DNA from: Vicugna vicugna
Lineage: Eukaryota
Length of the DNA: 62,168 bases
Assembly: GCA_013265495.1 (NCBI GenBank)
Contig: MU058052.1
Coordinates: forward strand, 75,706-137,873
Reading direction: 5' to 3'
Both the position numbers and the translations under genes were made by a program. Below are positions 23,401 through 36,906 of the stretch, piece by piece. The notes beneath the pieces were generated by a model. That model was not told where the DNA came from. It worked only from the letters and a program-made list of their open reading frames with translations, and searched no databases. Every line of letters starts with the position of its first letter. Position 1 is the stretch's first letter.

Positions 23401-25800
23401 TTTTGTCTTCCTAATGAATTTTAAGAATTCTTTGTATATCCTTGATATGTTCTGTTATCAGTTGTATCATTTCTCCCTGGTAGATGCGCATTTTTTTGTT
23501 GATAGTATCTTTTAATTGGACATTCAGACTTAATCAATATCATCTTCTATAAATTGTGCTTTCATAATTCCAAAATCTGTCCCTACCCTGAGATAATAAA
23601 AATATGCTCTTTTACTTTGCATATTTTGGTTTTTTATTTTTATTTTATTTTTTTAACTTTTTTTATTGAGTTATACTTACTTTGCGTATTTTGATCTTTG
23701 ATCTTACTGTGCTGTGATGAAGGGGTATGACCATTTCCTCCTGGGAGGAAAGCCGGCCGTCCCGAGCCCACTTACTTTGGTTCTCTCCCCACTCTGACCT
23801 GCGCTGCCATCATAGTCAATTGGCAGGTGCTCATGTGTGCTTGAGATTGGTTTTGAAGCCCAGTTCTCTTTTATTGCTCTACTTTGCTGTCCTGACACCA
23901 ATTCACACTGTTTCGATGACTTTAACTTATAATGAGTATCGATATCTGATAGGGCAAATGCCCCCAATCTGCTTTCCTTTCCCAGAATTGTCTTTGCTGT
24001 TCTTTAGTTTGTCTACACACGTAGACAAGTGCATAGACACACATATGCCCACATTTCCTGCTTGAAATTTGATCGGATTTGCATTGAATCTAAGATAAAT
24101 TTAAAAGATGTTTACCACTATTATGATAGGAGTTTTTGCCAATATACATATACGTGCCTTATTTATTCTATTTTTTGTATCTTTCAATAAAATTTTGCAA
24201 TTTCCACTATATAGTTTTGGTTCAATTGATGTCTAGTTACCTCATATTTTTATTTCTATTGTGAATGACATATTTTCTTTGTTGCGATATCTGAATGGTT
24301 ATTGTTGGCATATGGAATGTTTCTACTTTACTGATCTTGGTGTCAGCTCTTCTGTCAAGCTTTCTTATTATTTCTAATATCTGACCATAGAGTCTTTGAT
24401 TTTTTATGTGGGCAGTAACAGTATTTACAAATAACAGTTTATTTGCTTTTTTCCAATCCTTATGGCTTTTTTTTTCCCCCTTTCTTCTTTCTTTTCATTG
24501 CTTGGGACCTGTATCTTATATAGTATTAAATAAGGATAGTGGTAGTAGGCATTCCTATGTTTTCTTTAAAACAATGAGAATATGTCCAAAGTTTTACCAT
24601 TAAGGATAATGTTGGCCCAGTATTTTGATTAGGTAACCTTTTCTCTAAGTTAAAGAAATTTTCTTCTACTTCTACCTTGAAAGACTTGAATTTTTCAAAT
24701 GATTTATATGTTCAGATGATAATATAATTTCTGTCCTATCTTTTGTTAACGTTTGTTAATATGCCAATTTACATTCATAGATTTTTATGATTGTTTATGA
24801 AACTGAGTATACTTTGAATTTTTGAGATAAATCTTAGTCTGTGCATTTTTTTCACTGCACCATTTGGTAATATTTTATTTAGGACTTTTGCATCTGTGTT
24901 CATTTTTGAGTTTGGCTTACAATTTTTCTTACTTGTATTTTATGTGTTTTGTTTTCATGTCAGGATTTACCAGCCTTTTAATATGAATTAAGTATCTTTA
25001 CTTTTTAAAAATTGTCTGTAACTGTTTGCATAAGAAAGAGATTTTTGTTCATTGAAAGTCTGATAAAATCTCACCTGAAAATCTGTTTTGGTCCAGGCAC
25101 CTTTTTCCTTCTGAGTGTGAGACTTTTAATTATTGGTTTAACTTTTTGAGTGATTATTATACTATTCAGGCTTATACTTGAGTAAACTTTGATAATTTAT
25201 AACTCTCTGTAAAAGTTTCTGTTTCATCAAATTTGTCCAAAGGTGCCCATAGGATTTGCTTATTAGTTCTTAAAATGATAGTTGGATTTGTGGTTGTGCC
25301 TGTTTTTCATTTTGATGTTATTGAGTAGTGAAAGATTTGTGTATTTTTAAGTATTTGATTTCAAAGAGTCAGTCTTTGATTTGTTGTTTATTCTATGATT
25401 TTAGCCTATTTTCTAGTTGCCATTTTTGTTTATGATTTCTTCTTTTCTATTTTTGGGGGGTTTCCTCAGTCATTCTTGGCCTTTATGATTGAATACAAAA
25501 CTCAGTTTTGTCATTTTTTTCTGTCTTTTTTATAAATGTTTTTAAAACTACACATTTCCCCTTTAAGCACTACTTTCCGTACTTCACATTAGTTTTGATA
25601 TATTGTCCTTTCATTGATGTTTCTTAACGTGTACTTATAAAATTGATTTACTTGTTGTAATAGTTCATAATTTCTATTTGATTTCCTTTTGAAATGCGGT
25701 TTTTAGTTTCCAAAGTACTTGTTTATATTTTTGCTATACTTTTTATTGTTGATTTTTTAATATGATATGTTATATAGATTTCTAAATCATAGTATTTAAG
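20475..25800 (-). mobile_element. Cluster of ancient antisense L1M/L1ME fragments
   Basis: T-rich degenerate antisense ORF2 sequence (e.g. 'aatttgccagtgaagctatttgggccaggtgtttttctttgtgggagg'). Boundaries are approximate and several pieces are merged. Confidence 0.7.
23629..23676 (-). mobile_element. 48-bp extremely 5'-truncated young L1 insertion with 17-bp TSD
   Basis: T-rich tail plus 'ttaactttttttattgagttatac', the antisense L1 3' terminus also seen at 55979-56001. Flanked by ttactttgcatattttg (23612-23628) and ttactttgcgtattttg (23677-23693). Confidence 0.88.
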
Positions 25801-26432
25801 GCTGCCATGACATAAGAAACAGTATTCTCAGTGTTTAATTCTAAGATCAGAGAAAAATATCTCCCATAGCTTCTATATGAAAGACTCTGTGCAGTGAAAT
25901 TAATAGAGTAATTAGCAAAAATCCTGTAATAAAACCAGCAGTGAGTTTCCTAGGGATGATTTGTGTTACATTCTTCAATAAAAACAACTTTCTATGTACA
26001 TTAACATGTTGCTAGTTTGTTTATTAACAATACAAGATGTTAAAATGAGACTTACACTGTTCTTTATCCAAGAAGTAGACCCTGAAACCCAGAATTGAGT
26101 TCTGTAGATCCCAGTGCATAGGTTCTGTAGGTGATATATATTTAGAATTCACCTGAAGAGTACGTTCTTGAATAATACTGAAGTAGGAACAAAGGGACTG
26201 CTCAAAAATCAGCTTCTGAGGATAACCCTAGAAGAAGGATGATGCTTGCTCCGTTACTTGTTTCACAGCAGGGAGAGATGTGATCAGCCTCGGAGGCAAA
26301 GACGAGAGGAGGCTAGAACAGGAAGAGCGGGTGGCCGTCCCCGCGGTCAGCTCAGCTGTTCTTGCTGAGGCTCAGCCTTTCCTTCTCTGAAGGCCTTCGC
26401 GTTTGATCAGTTCTTCCCTTTTCTTTGTTCAG

Positions 26433-26554
26433 GAAAAGATCAGAAGGGAGAGGACTCTGATGTGAAAAACCTGGATCCGTCTTTGCTTTCATCAGATCAG
26501 GAAGACTTGCCTTCATCAAGTCAGGACATGACACCTAGATCAGTGAGCTCTGAG
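26433..26554 (+). CDS. PTPN20: PTPN20 coding exon 2 (G KDQKGEDSDVKNLDPSLLSSDQEDLPSSSQDMTPRSVSSE); alternative in-frame donor after 26542
   Basis: Acceptor ttcttcccttttctttgttcAG; donor GAG|gtaaag; phase 1 in, phase 0 out. LPSSSQDMTPRS matches human LPSSSQENTPRS (recalled). Confidence 0.85.
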
Positions 26555-27809
26555 GTAAAGCTAAAGGAAGAGGGATCTTTACTAACTGACTCTGGCCGGT
26601 GCCTAAATCACGGACTAAGCTCTAAGTTTTAAGCGGCTATTCTGTTCTCCTTACCACAATGATCTCCCAATTCTGTGTCACTCTGATGTTGAAGGTGATC
26701 AAAATAGGGATTTGAAAGAGTGGAAATTTTTGCAATGGAAGAACACCCCTTTCAATGCTGTTTTGGAAATTTTACTTATCCTAGCATCTATTTCATTTTA
26801 TGCTACTAAGAGGTACGAAATAAATTTCACATAAAATTTAAAGCATTAAAGCATGGATGTATGGATGATGCGATTTTTAATTGAGAGAGAGAGAGAGCAT
26901 AGTGCAGTGGCTCTGAACTACGGAATAGTAGACGGCTGCAAAGAAATCTGGAGCAAAACCCTCACCTTGACACATTACCTTTCTTGTGGAGATACTCCCA
27001 GGGTTAGAGCACAAAAAGAGAAATATGTTTTTATCTTGTAGGTGCCTTACATTTTTTTTTTCCTTCTCTAATGTGTTGGAGCTTTGGGACTTGCATCATG
27101 TTCCTGTCCTCATACTCACTTCCTGTAGGTTCCAGCATCCATGGAGCTCAAACTCAGTACCAAGAACAAGCACTGCTTCCCCCATTGTCCCCGTTTGGCC
27201 GCCGCCCCACCCAGGGCTGACAACGTGCTGAGCTGCTGCTTCGGAAGACAGCATGGTAGCTTGGCTGTTCTCCCACGGGGAGTCTGTCCGTTCCCCTGTG
27301 ACACATACGGTGGCCACATCAAGGCCACCATCACACCTCTGGCTGGCAGCCTCTTCTAGTGTAATTCTGGGCTCTCAGCCCCACTGTTGATCCTTTTCTG
27401 TGATCAGAATGATCTCCCCCTTGAAGGACAGATATTTGGAAGTGAACAACTTCATAGAATGTCTTGCGCAGACTCTATATAGCCATGCTTGACACCCTTC
27501 TAGAACTGAGTGTGTTTTATGGTTTGGGTTTTTTCCCCAATATTTTATGGCTTGACTTTTCTAGGATGAGATTTGATATGCTTTAAAGTTTCCTTTTAGA
27601 AAAGAGTATCTTAGAACATTTCTGGGTGGCTTGTAGAGTATGTTTTGAAAATCAGCTAGTTTTGTTAGAATTTGCTCTGCTTACATTTCATGAAGCAGTT
27701 AATTTGGTATAATAGCCCCTTGATGCCTTTTCAGTACGATGCTGTCCCTGGGGACTGTCTAGACTTCATAGGCTTGTGTGTAGATGTTCAGCTTTACAAG
27801 ACAGATCAA

Positions 27810-27950
27810 TAAATTTTTGTTCCAGTGCTCATTTTAGAGGTGAAGAAGCAGCCCCAGAAGCTGAAGTGATTTTCCTGTGGCCACACAGCTCTCCGGTCGC
27901 AGAGAAGAGACTAGAAGCCAGGCTCCTGTCTCCTCGTGTTGCTGCTTTCA
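27810..27950 (-). mobile_element. MIR fragment
   Basis: 'ctcattttagaggtgaagaagcagccccagaagctgaagtgattttcctgtggccacacagct' resembles the antisense MIR core. Confidence 0.6.
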
Positions 27951-28599
27951 CTCTGTCCTCACAAGTCTTTGGCATACAGTGCAGAAAAGTTCACTTAGGC
28001 TTCTTGGAAAAATCGATCCAGCCTTTTCTTTGACATTAATTGGATTCAGTGAGCACTCTCCAAAAAGACCTGGCATCTTGATAATTTAGAATATTTCTCC
28101 TTGTGCCTTCTTGGCATCGTTAGCCAAATCAGATTTCGTTCAAAGACACGTTAGGGTCCTGAGTGAGCCTTATTTGAGTGACAGCCGTCTGGAACAGTTT
28201 GCGTCTTCGGTAAGGACAGTCAAGTTGATTCTGAAGCGCAACTTCGAGTACAGCCCAGGCTGAACTATGCCAGGGCTTCCCGCTCAGGCGACGTCACTTC
28301 TTAGCAGATGAGCGGTGTGCAGACGGCTCTCCAGCAAGTCTTGCCTGAGCTGGGAGGGGCTGTGCTGATGTGGTAGCATTACCCCTTTCTTTTCCTCTGT
28401 GCCGTTTCACTCACAATCTCCACATTCCTACTTTAATTACCTGAAATTAATTTTTAGAGATTTGCTTTCCCTAGCAGTGTGGATAAACTAGTTTTCAGGA
28501 CCAGGTCAACTCTGGAGAACTCATCTCATTTATTTTAGTGGTTATCCACATAGGCTAATGAGAATAAATCTTTGGGGAATATTTTCCCTTGATATTTTA

Positions 28600-29160
28600 A
28601 AGTAGAAAAATTAAAATGCACAGAGGAACACTAACAAAGGAGAGCTGGTATAGCTATAGTGATGTCAGAAAGAAGATACTTAAAAGCAAACCATTAGGTA
28701 TTAAGTCACTATATAATACTAAAAGGCTTGTTGGCTCACAAGGAAGATATAAAATTCTAAATTTATATAAGCACCTAACAATAGCTTCAGAATATGTAAA
28801 TCAGAATTACAAGGAGCAATTGATAAATTTACTATGGTAGTGGGCCATTTTAAAGTATCTCTTTTATTAATATATTAGACAATTAGTTAAGAATATAGAA
28901 ATTATAAAAAAAAGTGAATTAGCAAGCTAGATATAATGGACATATACAGAACATGCATCCAAAAATAGAGAACACACAATTTTTTTCAAACATACGTGGG
29001 CCATTTATAAAAATTTACCATGTGCCAAATCAAAATATATCACAATAAATGTCAGATAATTTTTGTAGTACTGACTGGTCTCTGATAGAAAGAAATTCAG
29101 CTGGAAGTCAACCACAGAAAGAGGAAACGTACATTTGGGATTTAAAGGCACGTACTTCTA
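28600..29160 (+). mobile_element. Ancient L1 ORF2 endonuclease-region fragment
   Basis: A-rich degenerate 'aaggaagatataaaattctaaatttatataagcacctaaca' and 'ttttttcaaacatacgtgggccatttataaaaatttaccatgtgc'. Confidence 0.7.
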
Positions 29161-30379
29161 AACCTGTAAGCCAAAGGGGAAATGAGAGAACGACCTTGTG
29201 TTGGCCCCCAGCACCCTGTTGCTCTGGAAACCTGAAAAGGCGGGCTGTCAGCTGTGATCAGGCAGCACTGATTATGGCAAAACTGACGCCTGGGCTGGAA
29301 GGGTTATGACTAGGACTTTGAATGTCTTGTTGAAAGTACAGACAGGGTGCCTGTGGGAAGCTCCTCGCTGTCATCTCCGGGGCTTAGGCTCTTGGGTTGT
29401 TGCAAGAGGTACTGGTTCCTGTGTAGCTTGAGACTTCTGAGTCCGGGTGCCTCAGGGACCCACCCATGTCATTTCACTGCCTTACACTTGAGATGGCGCT
29501 AGAATGCTCAGAGCTCCTGAGGAGGGCAAGCCTGAGGCTCTTCTGCTGACACGTGCCGCTCCTTTCCTGTGTCCTTCTGCAAAGCTCCCCTGGAGCCAGG
29601 CATGGTCTGTTGCACCTTGTGAATGTCCATTGATGGAAGATCGTTGGTGGTGGTTGAGCAGAATGGGCAAGGTACACTTTACACTGCAGTTGATTCTAGG
29701 TGAATGAAATCCCCAAATATTTAAAGCAAAGCTTTAGAGAGTTTAGAAAAATATATGAGAATTGATATATTTTACCTCTATAATGAATGACTTTTTAAAA
29801 ATTTGTTTTATACATTATTCAAAATGGCAGTTAGCTAATCCACCAGGATTTAATATATTCTAAAGTGGTCGAGTTATTGCTAAATGTAAGCTAATCTTAC
29901 GTCTTAGGCAGTGCTTATTCATTTACGCTAAGACATAATAAGTTGCATGTTTAGCCTGCATGCTTGGTAGGAGGGCTAGGTCGTTGTTTGCATCTTTCCG
30001 TTAATGTGCTTGTTTTTAAAACTGATTGTGCTTGGGTCTGTATTCTGGAATGACGGCTGTATCTATGCCTGTAAGATGCATTCCAGGTCTAGGAAGTTCA
30101 TGGAATTAAGCAAAACATATACACATGCACACACACTCAGAAGAGAGGAAAGGGTTAATAAATTTCACAAAGTAAGAATCAAAAGACACTTCAAAAGAGA
30201 TGAAAAGACGTAACACAGCCGGTGGCTAGAGATACTGCATGAGAAATAGAGAAGGGGAGATGAGGGAGGGAGATGAGGCAGACGCTGGACCGTGGCAGGC
30301 CAGGTGGACTTTGGACCTGCTGCTCCCTTTTCTCGGGATGCTTTCCTGCCTCTTTGCCTAGCCCTTCCTTCTGTCTTTT

Positions 30380-30610
30380 AGGTACGTGGCGATTAGGTAT
30401 CACCAAATTCTGCTACTGCACTAACGCTTGTCACCAGCTGTGACTTTTACATGCTTGCCTGTGTATTTTCTCTGCCCCCATGAAAATATACACCCTCTAC
30501 AAGGAGCGAAGAACACATGCCTCTCTTGTTCAGTGTTTTATCCATAGCACTTAGAACAGTATCTGCATGTACTAGGCCCCCAGAAAAGAACTGTCAAATG
30601 AATGTATTAA
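30380..30610 (+). mobile_element. L2 3'-end fragment
   Basis: 'tcttgttcagtgttttatccatagcacttagaacagtatctgcatgtactagg...tgtcaaatgaatg'. Confidence 0.65.
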
Positions 30611-31133
30611 TTCCATCTTTATTTTAATGTTATTTTTCCTTTAATTATATTCTGTTTACCAGCAGACCAGGTGCTATATAGGAGGCTGCAAAGGCAACAA
30701 AATGGATTAATTAATAAAGTCCATTGGGCAGTACAAACTCTCATGGCACAGACATAGAGTTACTGTACTAAGAATTTTATATGAACAGTAAACTAAATGT
30801 GATAGCATTTGTTATAAGAATTTCCTCTGGGCTGCAGTTTTTGGTTTTGTTTTTAAGAAAAATGAGGCTTATTTTTATGAACTTCTAGAAAATAACTTGG
30901 ATGATTCAATAGAAATCATTTATATGGGCATAGTACTCAACGCCTTTGACAGACTGGAAAATATTTAATAGGGAGATGTGCGTTTCAAGTGGTTTTCCAT
31001 GAGTGTGATTGTGGTTTCAATTCTATAACTGAAGGCCTTATTCTTCTTCTTAAGAAGCTGTAGGAAACATTTTCTTTTAAACTATATATTTCTAAAATCG
31101 TGGCCGTAATTTTTTCCTTTCTTACGCCTGTAG

Positions 31134-31234
31134 GTTTTGGAAAGTGAAGTTAACTCAGAGAAGGCCAAAGTCTTTCCTCAGGAGTTCCCAAAAAATGATG
31201 ATTTTGAGGATCATTTTAAAGAGGATACAGGAAG
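31134..31234 (+). CDS. PTPN20: PTPN20 coding exon 3 (VLESEVNSEKAKVFPQEFPKNDDFEDHFKEDTG + AG)
   Basis: Acceptor ttttttcctttcttacgcctgtAG; donor AG|gtatga; phase 0 in, phase 2 out. Resembles human VFENKVNSEKVKLSLRNFPHNDYEDVFEE (recalled). Confidence 0.9.
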
Positions 31235-31879
31235 GTATGACTAAGATGCTTACTTAGTGAGTTTTTTGTTTATTCATATTCACAGCTAGCCCTCTTGAGT
31301 GGAGACAGTGAATAATGGCCCTCAAATGTTTGATAAGTTTTAAAAATATAGTTCTTTGTAGTGAGTACAGCCTGATTTGTCTATAAATAGGATGTATTTA
31401 TGATCTAATAAGTATGATATTAATTCAAGAGAAAAATATTCCTAAAGAATTCAATTTCTCTATCATCTCAACTATTACCTAGTTCCAAAGCCTTTGTGAA
31501 TGAAGTGTTTGGAGCTCTTGGAGGGAGCAGTGTACTTAAAGTAAAGTAAAGCTCAAAGCACAGCTAAATTTTATGAGAAATTATGTCTGTTTCTAGAAAG
31601 AAAATAATGTGCTAGAAACAGGACTATTAGCATGGTGAATTCTTGGCACTGTATTTGAAAAAAAAATGTAAAGAACCAGGAGAAAAGTAAATTTCCATTA
31701 GAAAAACAAAAGGAACAGCAACTTTTCGTGCTTATAAAGTGTTCAAATCCAAAAATATGGCAAGTAAGAAAACATTTTATTGAGCCATATTTTCTTAGAG
31801 ACTTTAAAGTATTGGCTACAGTCACTGAAATAGCACTGTGTAGTTATGTGTATGGTATGCATCTTGTGTAAACTTTCAG

Positions 31880-33300
31880 AAGTTAAATGAACAAATAAAC
31901 TAATTCAAAAGGCATTTGAGATAACATTATGTGCTACTAGTGTATACTAATTAGTAAATGCTAATTATATACTAAGCACTGCATATAAGTACAAAATATA
32001 CATACTTCTTGTCCTTTAGTTTACAGTTTAGCTGGGGAAACAGACATGTAAAAGACCAATTTAAATGCAGTGGAGTAGATATTATTATAGAGTCAAGGTC
32101 CAAGGGCAGTGGGTACAGGAGACCGAGAACTATGCAAGTGGGGAGTTCCCCACCAGCTTCTTTGAAGAAAGGATATTTTGGTTGGATTTAGCATCTCAAA
32201 TAAATAGAAGTTCAGCAGGTGAAAAGGGACAGAAGAAAATTTCAAGCTGGGGGAAGAGGTCTGAGCAAAGGTAAGGAGCTGTGAAGATACCTAATTCATG
32301 GTAAGAGATGTTAAGTGTCAAGAGTTGTAGGGCGTGCGTGAATTGAAGTGCAGGGAAGCTGGGGAAGATGAGCCATAGAACAGAAAGTACAGCGTGGGCC
32401 AGAGTGTGAAGGAGCTCAGTGTGTGTGAAACCAAGGAGTACATGTCTTATTCAGTCTGTTAGAATGAAAATGAAGCACAGACAAGTCTTCTGTTCTATTC
32501 ATGCATCTGCCCACCTGTCAGTCATGTGTCTATCCTCTATCTGCCTAGAAGGAGGAATGCTGGTAGCAAGGTGGAAGAGAGCTGGCAGGAAATGGAGAAC
32601 AGGTAGATGTTGCCAGTAATCCAAGAAAAAACGAGGAGGAAGGAGTAAGAAACCTTAAATTACCCACAGAAGCAAAAGCAAAAGACCATTACTTTGCTAA
32701 GGTTGAGGCATAAAGTGCATAAATATTTAGGAGCCCAGTAAGGAGCCTGGGTTTACCCTGCGGTTGGTGGGCAGGTGTAACAATTAAATCTGGGTTTTAG
32801 GGAGAATTTTCTCTAGACATTGGAGATTAGACTCAGAAATCAAATTAGGAGGCTCTTGCTAAGTGGGATTGCAAATGAAAATGCAGGAACAGCCAAGGAG
32901 GCAGCATAAGTGAGCAAAACTGAGTAGTGAGAAGTTGGAAAGGAAACAAAGTGAGTGTGGGCTAGTATTTGAGAAATCTGTTACAGCATATAGAGCAGTA
33001 GTTAGATGGGGATAGAAGGATTAAAGGATTTGTTTTTAAGTTGAGAGAGAATCAAGTATTCTTATAATATGGAAAAAGTTGTAGATAGAGATTAATTTTG
33101 TATATATGCATAAATATAAGGAAAAGTAATTTTAGAAAAAATGCCTCAGAGGAGACAGAAGGCATAAGAGCTGAGAACACAGAAGGATTAACTCTGAACA
33201 TGGAGAAAGTAAGGAGTAATGAAGAATGCCGATCCTTCCAAGTTACATTATGAAAGAGAGTAAATTGAAAGAGTTCTTGCTTTCTGGCTTACAGTTTATA
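31880..33300 (-). mobile_element. Degenerate L2 (purine-rich on + strand)
   Basis: Purine-rich stretch with antisense L2-like motifs ('tttacagtttagctggggaaacagacatgtaaa', 'gtaatccaagaaaaa'). Boundaries are approximate. Confidence 0.55.
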
Positions 33301-33763
33301 GAAGGGACTACATTTTTCTTAAAGCAGAGAATTAGGATGGAGACTACATGACGGTGGTAGTTTGAAAAATTACGAACAAAAGAGGAGACAGAATAGAGAC
33401 ATCCGTGTTTCCCAGACAGCTCTCTGCTGACACTGGAAACCCCAATGACCCCAGTGCTCTTCTTCCACCACGGCCTGGGTAAAGGAGGAAAGAAGGTGGG
33501 TAGGTGGACTGATCCAAGGCAGCTAGTTGGCAAGCCAAGTGAAAGTGAGAGGAGATGGATGGAGTTTGTGACCAGAGGCTGAGACTCCAGAATTCTCTCT
33601 GAAGGTGGGCCAGTTCCAGGGGCTGACAGTGGGAGTGGGTGGCTGGACTGACATAGAGGTGAATGTCAGTTGAATAACTAATATAGATTATCAGAGATTC
33701 TTTCTTAAATATATACGTTCTCTGAAATACAAATTTAAATATAAATACAAATTTCTGTTCTAG

Positions 33764-33873
33764 TGACAGGGACCCCAGCTTGTGGACGACCAGTGGCTCC
33801 TTCCTAAAAGACAGGTCCAGCGGTGAGGAGGAGCTTGCAGGGCCTTCCCAGGCTGGCTCCCCTGCGTTTCAGG
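33764..33873 (+). CDS. PTPN20: PTPN20 coding exon 4 (S DRDPSLWTTSGSFLKDRSSGEEELAGPSQAGSPAFQ + G)
   Basis: Acceptor tttctgttctAG; donor G|gtatga; phase 2 in, phase 1 out. Matches human SDPSMWTARGPFRRDRWSSEDEEAAGPSQALSP (recalled). Confidence 0.92.
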
Positions 33874-36282
33874 GTATGACCTCATCCCCTTTTCCTAGCA
33901 AATTCTTGAAGAAGCTGTATTTCAGAGGTTTGCACAAAGAAATTTCTAATACAAGTGCAGGAAAGAGCTAGGAAAAACTTTTTCAAATGGGGAAAATGTG
34001 GTTCTCTAGGGTTTTCCTTTAAAAAGAAGAAAATGCTCCACACCTCACATTCATAAAGGGCACATTTCTACTCGATCTTTAAATATTTTAACATAGCAAA
34101 TATACCAACTTAATGAGCTATTTGTATTTCTGAAACTAGGGATTAGCAATGTGTTTAGACTTGAATATGACCTGCTCCCTCATTTTCTTAATTTTAATTT
34201 GTTGTATGGTATATACTTTGTGAATAAAATAATAACTTTTTTTGGATGATACATTATCACATGTTGTGGGAAAAAGAACACAGAGTTATGTATGACAGAA
34301 TAAATCATAATACTGAAGAGTATTCCAAATTTTTTCTATGAATATATATTTATAGTTGTATATAGCATAAATATAACCATGGGGAAAAAATAACAATTAT
34401 AGTGTATAATGTTGAAGAATCACATACGTATCTCAGAAACCTTTAGAGAAGATTTTAGAGATCACCTGTCAGCCTCTCATCAAGTGGCAGAATCATCTTC
34501 TCTAATGACTTTTTAATTTGAGGAACGTCAAACCTAATTAAGGCAATATTACACTGTATAATTATTAAAGTACCAGTCCCACACAAAAATAGTTTACAAG
34601 AAAATACTTTTTAAATTCTATATGGTAAAATTTACCCTGTTAGCATACAGTTCTATAAAGTTAGACAAAGGTCTACCACCACGATCAGGATGTAGTACGT
34701 TTCCCTCACCCCTCACATTTCTCTTGTGCTCTTCTGTAGTCAGCCCCTAACCCCACCACCAACACCTGGCAACCAGTAATCTGTTTTCATTCTCTTTACT
34801 GTTGTATTTTCCAGAGTGTCACTCATATAGATGGAATCATAAATATATTGCATTTCGAGTCCAAGTTCTTTCAGTGTAAAGTTATTGATATTCATCCACA
34901 CCATTGCATTTACCAGTATTTATTTATTTACCTTTTAATTTTTGCTGAATAGTATTCCATTGTCTGGCTACATCAATGTGTTTATCCATTAACCAGTTGA
35001 AGGACATCTGGGTTGTTCCCAGATGTGGTAATTATGGATAAAAGCACTACGAGCATTCACACACTGGCTTTGTGTAAACCTGAGTTTCCATTTCTTTAAT
35101 CTAGGGGTGGGACTTCTGAGTCGTAAGTATGTAAATGACAAACTGTTGTCTTTTCCAAAGAGGCTGTACCAATACGCTTTTTACCTTTTTTCTCTTTGTG
35201 TTTCAGTTTAGGTAACTTTTATCAACCCATCTTCAAGCTTATTCACTCTTTCCTCCCCTGTGTTGACTTTACTAATGAGCTTCCTGAAAGCTTTCTTTAG
35301 CGCATTTGCAGCCTTTTTATTGTGAACACTTCCATTTGACTTTATCTTATAGTTTTCATCTCCATTCAGATTCTGTATCTGTTCATGCATTTTGTCCACC
35401 TTTCCCACAAAGTTTAAACATATTAACTATGGGTTATTTCAAATTCCCTCTCTGGTAATTCTCATTTCTGATTTTTTTTTTCTGTTGATTGCTTTGTTTT
35501 TTGGCTGATTTTTGTTGCTGTTGCTGCTTCTGCTTTGTGCGTCTCAGAAATTTTGAGAGTGTTGGTGTTAGGTGCAGAAGAGTAGAGACTGAGGTAAATA
35601 GAATTTATGCCTGAATAGCCATGCCTGTTCCTTTGCTAGGTCATTAGGTCACTGATTCAGCGTGTTTAGGACATGAGCTGGATTTTGGAACTCTGGCTAA
35701 CTACTGACTTAAAATTCCTCAAGATTTACTTGTACTTGGGGTGGTAACTGGAATGTTCCAGAGGTCCTCTTCCCATTTGTGTTCCATCCTTAGCTTTAGA
35801 CCCTCCCTGTGTGCCTGTGCCTCAGAAGGAGTCACCTCCCTACCCGGGCCCTCCCTCCAGCCCTAGACTGCTGCTTGTCACTGTAGTCCAGGGTCAGCTT
35901 GGCAGGCCCCCTGTCCCTGGATCTAGGCGGTGGGGCTTTGTCAGTGATCCTGCCTCTCCTGTCTGTGCTGTTCGGACTCGGCCTTCTGTTTTTGGCAGGT
36001 CTGCTGTGGGAGAGAGTGTTCTGGAAGGACTGTTGTAAAGGCCAGTTAGGTGAAGTTCTTTTCATTCCTTTTATGTCCCTACCAGTTTTCGCTTGTGCTT
36101 GTTCCATTGATTGCTGAGTTCTGAGTGTTGAGGTCTTCAGTTATAATTGTGAATTCTCCTGTTTCTCCTTTCACTACTGTTAGTTTTTACTTAATGTAGT
36201 CTGAGATTCTGCTGGGTGCAGATACATTCAGCATTGTTATGTCTTTCCTGTGACTTGACCCCTTGGTCATTAGTGATGATCC

Positions 36283-36605
36283 TTTTTTTTAAATAGATTT
36301 TTTTGGAAGTTTTAGTTTGACAGCAAAATTGAGCAGAAGGTACAGAGGTTTCTCACATACTCCCTGCCCCCATACATGTTACTAAGACCCTCCTCTGGAC
36401 GGGGAAATCTGTGAACCCTGATGGAACTGTGTGACGCGCCGTCACCTGGAGCCCACGGTTTACCTGAGGGTTTACTGTTGGTGGTGCACATTCTGTGGGT
36501 CTGGACAAAATGTATAATGACGCGTATCCACCATTACAGTATCAAACAGTAGTTTCACAGCCTTGAAAATCCTCTCACCTCCACTTATTTACCCTCCCTC
36601 TCCCC
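36283..36605 (-). mobile_element. L1MC1/2-like 3' end nested in an older L1, with degenerate TSD
   Basis: 'agttttagtttgacagcaaaattgagcagaaggtacagaggtttctcacatactccctgcccc'. Flanks agtgatgatcctttt (36272-36286) and agtaatgacctttt (36606-36619). Confidence 0.75.
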
Positions 36606-36906
36606 AGTAATGACCTTTTCACCTTTTACTGGTGATGTTCTTGGCCTGGCGTCTGTTCTGGTACTGATGTATCCTCTGATATTAGAAAACCGCTTCACTG
36701 TCTTTTGATTAGTGTTTCATGGTGAACATCTCCCATCCTTTTACTTCACCGTGCCTGTGTTGTAGTGTTTAAGTTGCTTTCTTATGGGCGTTGTATGGCT
36801 GGGCCTTGCTTTTTCACCAAATCTCCAGTCTGTCCTTTAATTTGCCTTTATTTATATCTACCATCTTAGACTTAACTCTGCTCTACTATCTTGCTAATTG
36901 TTTTCT

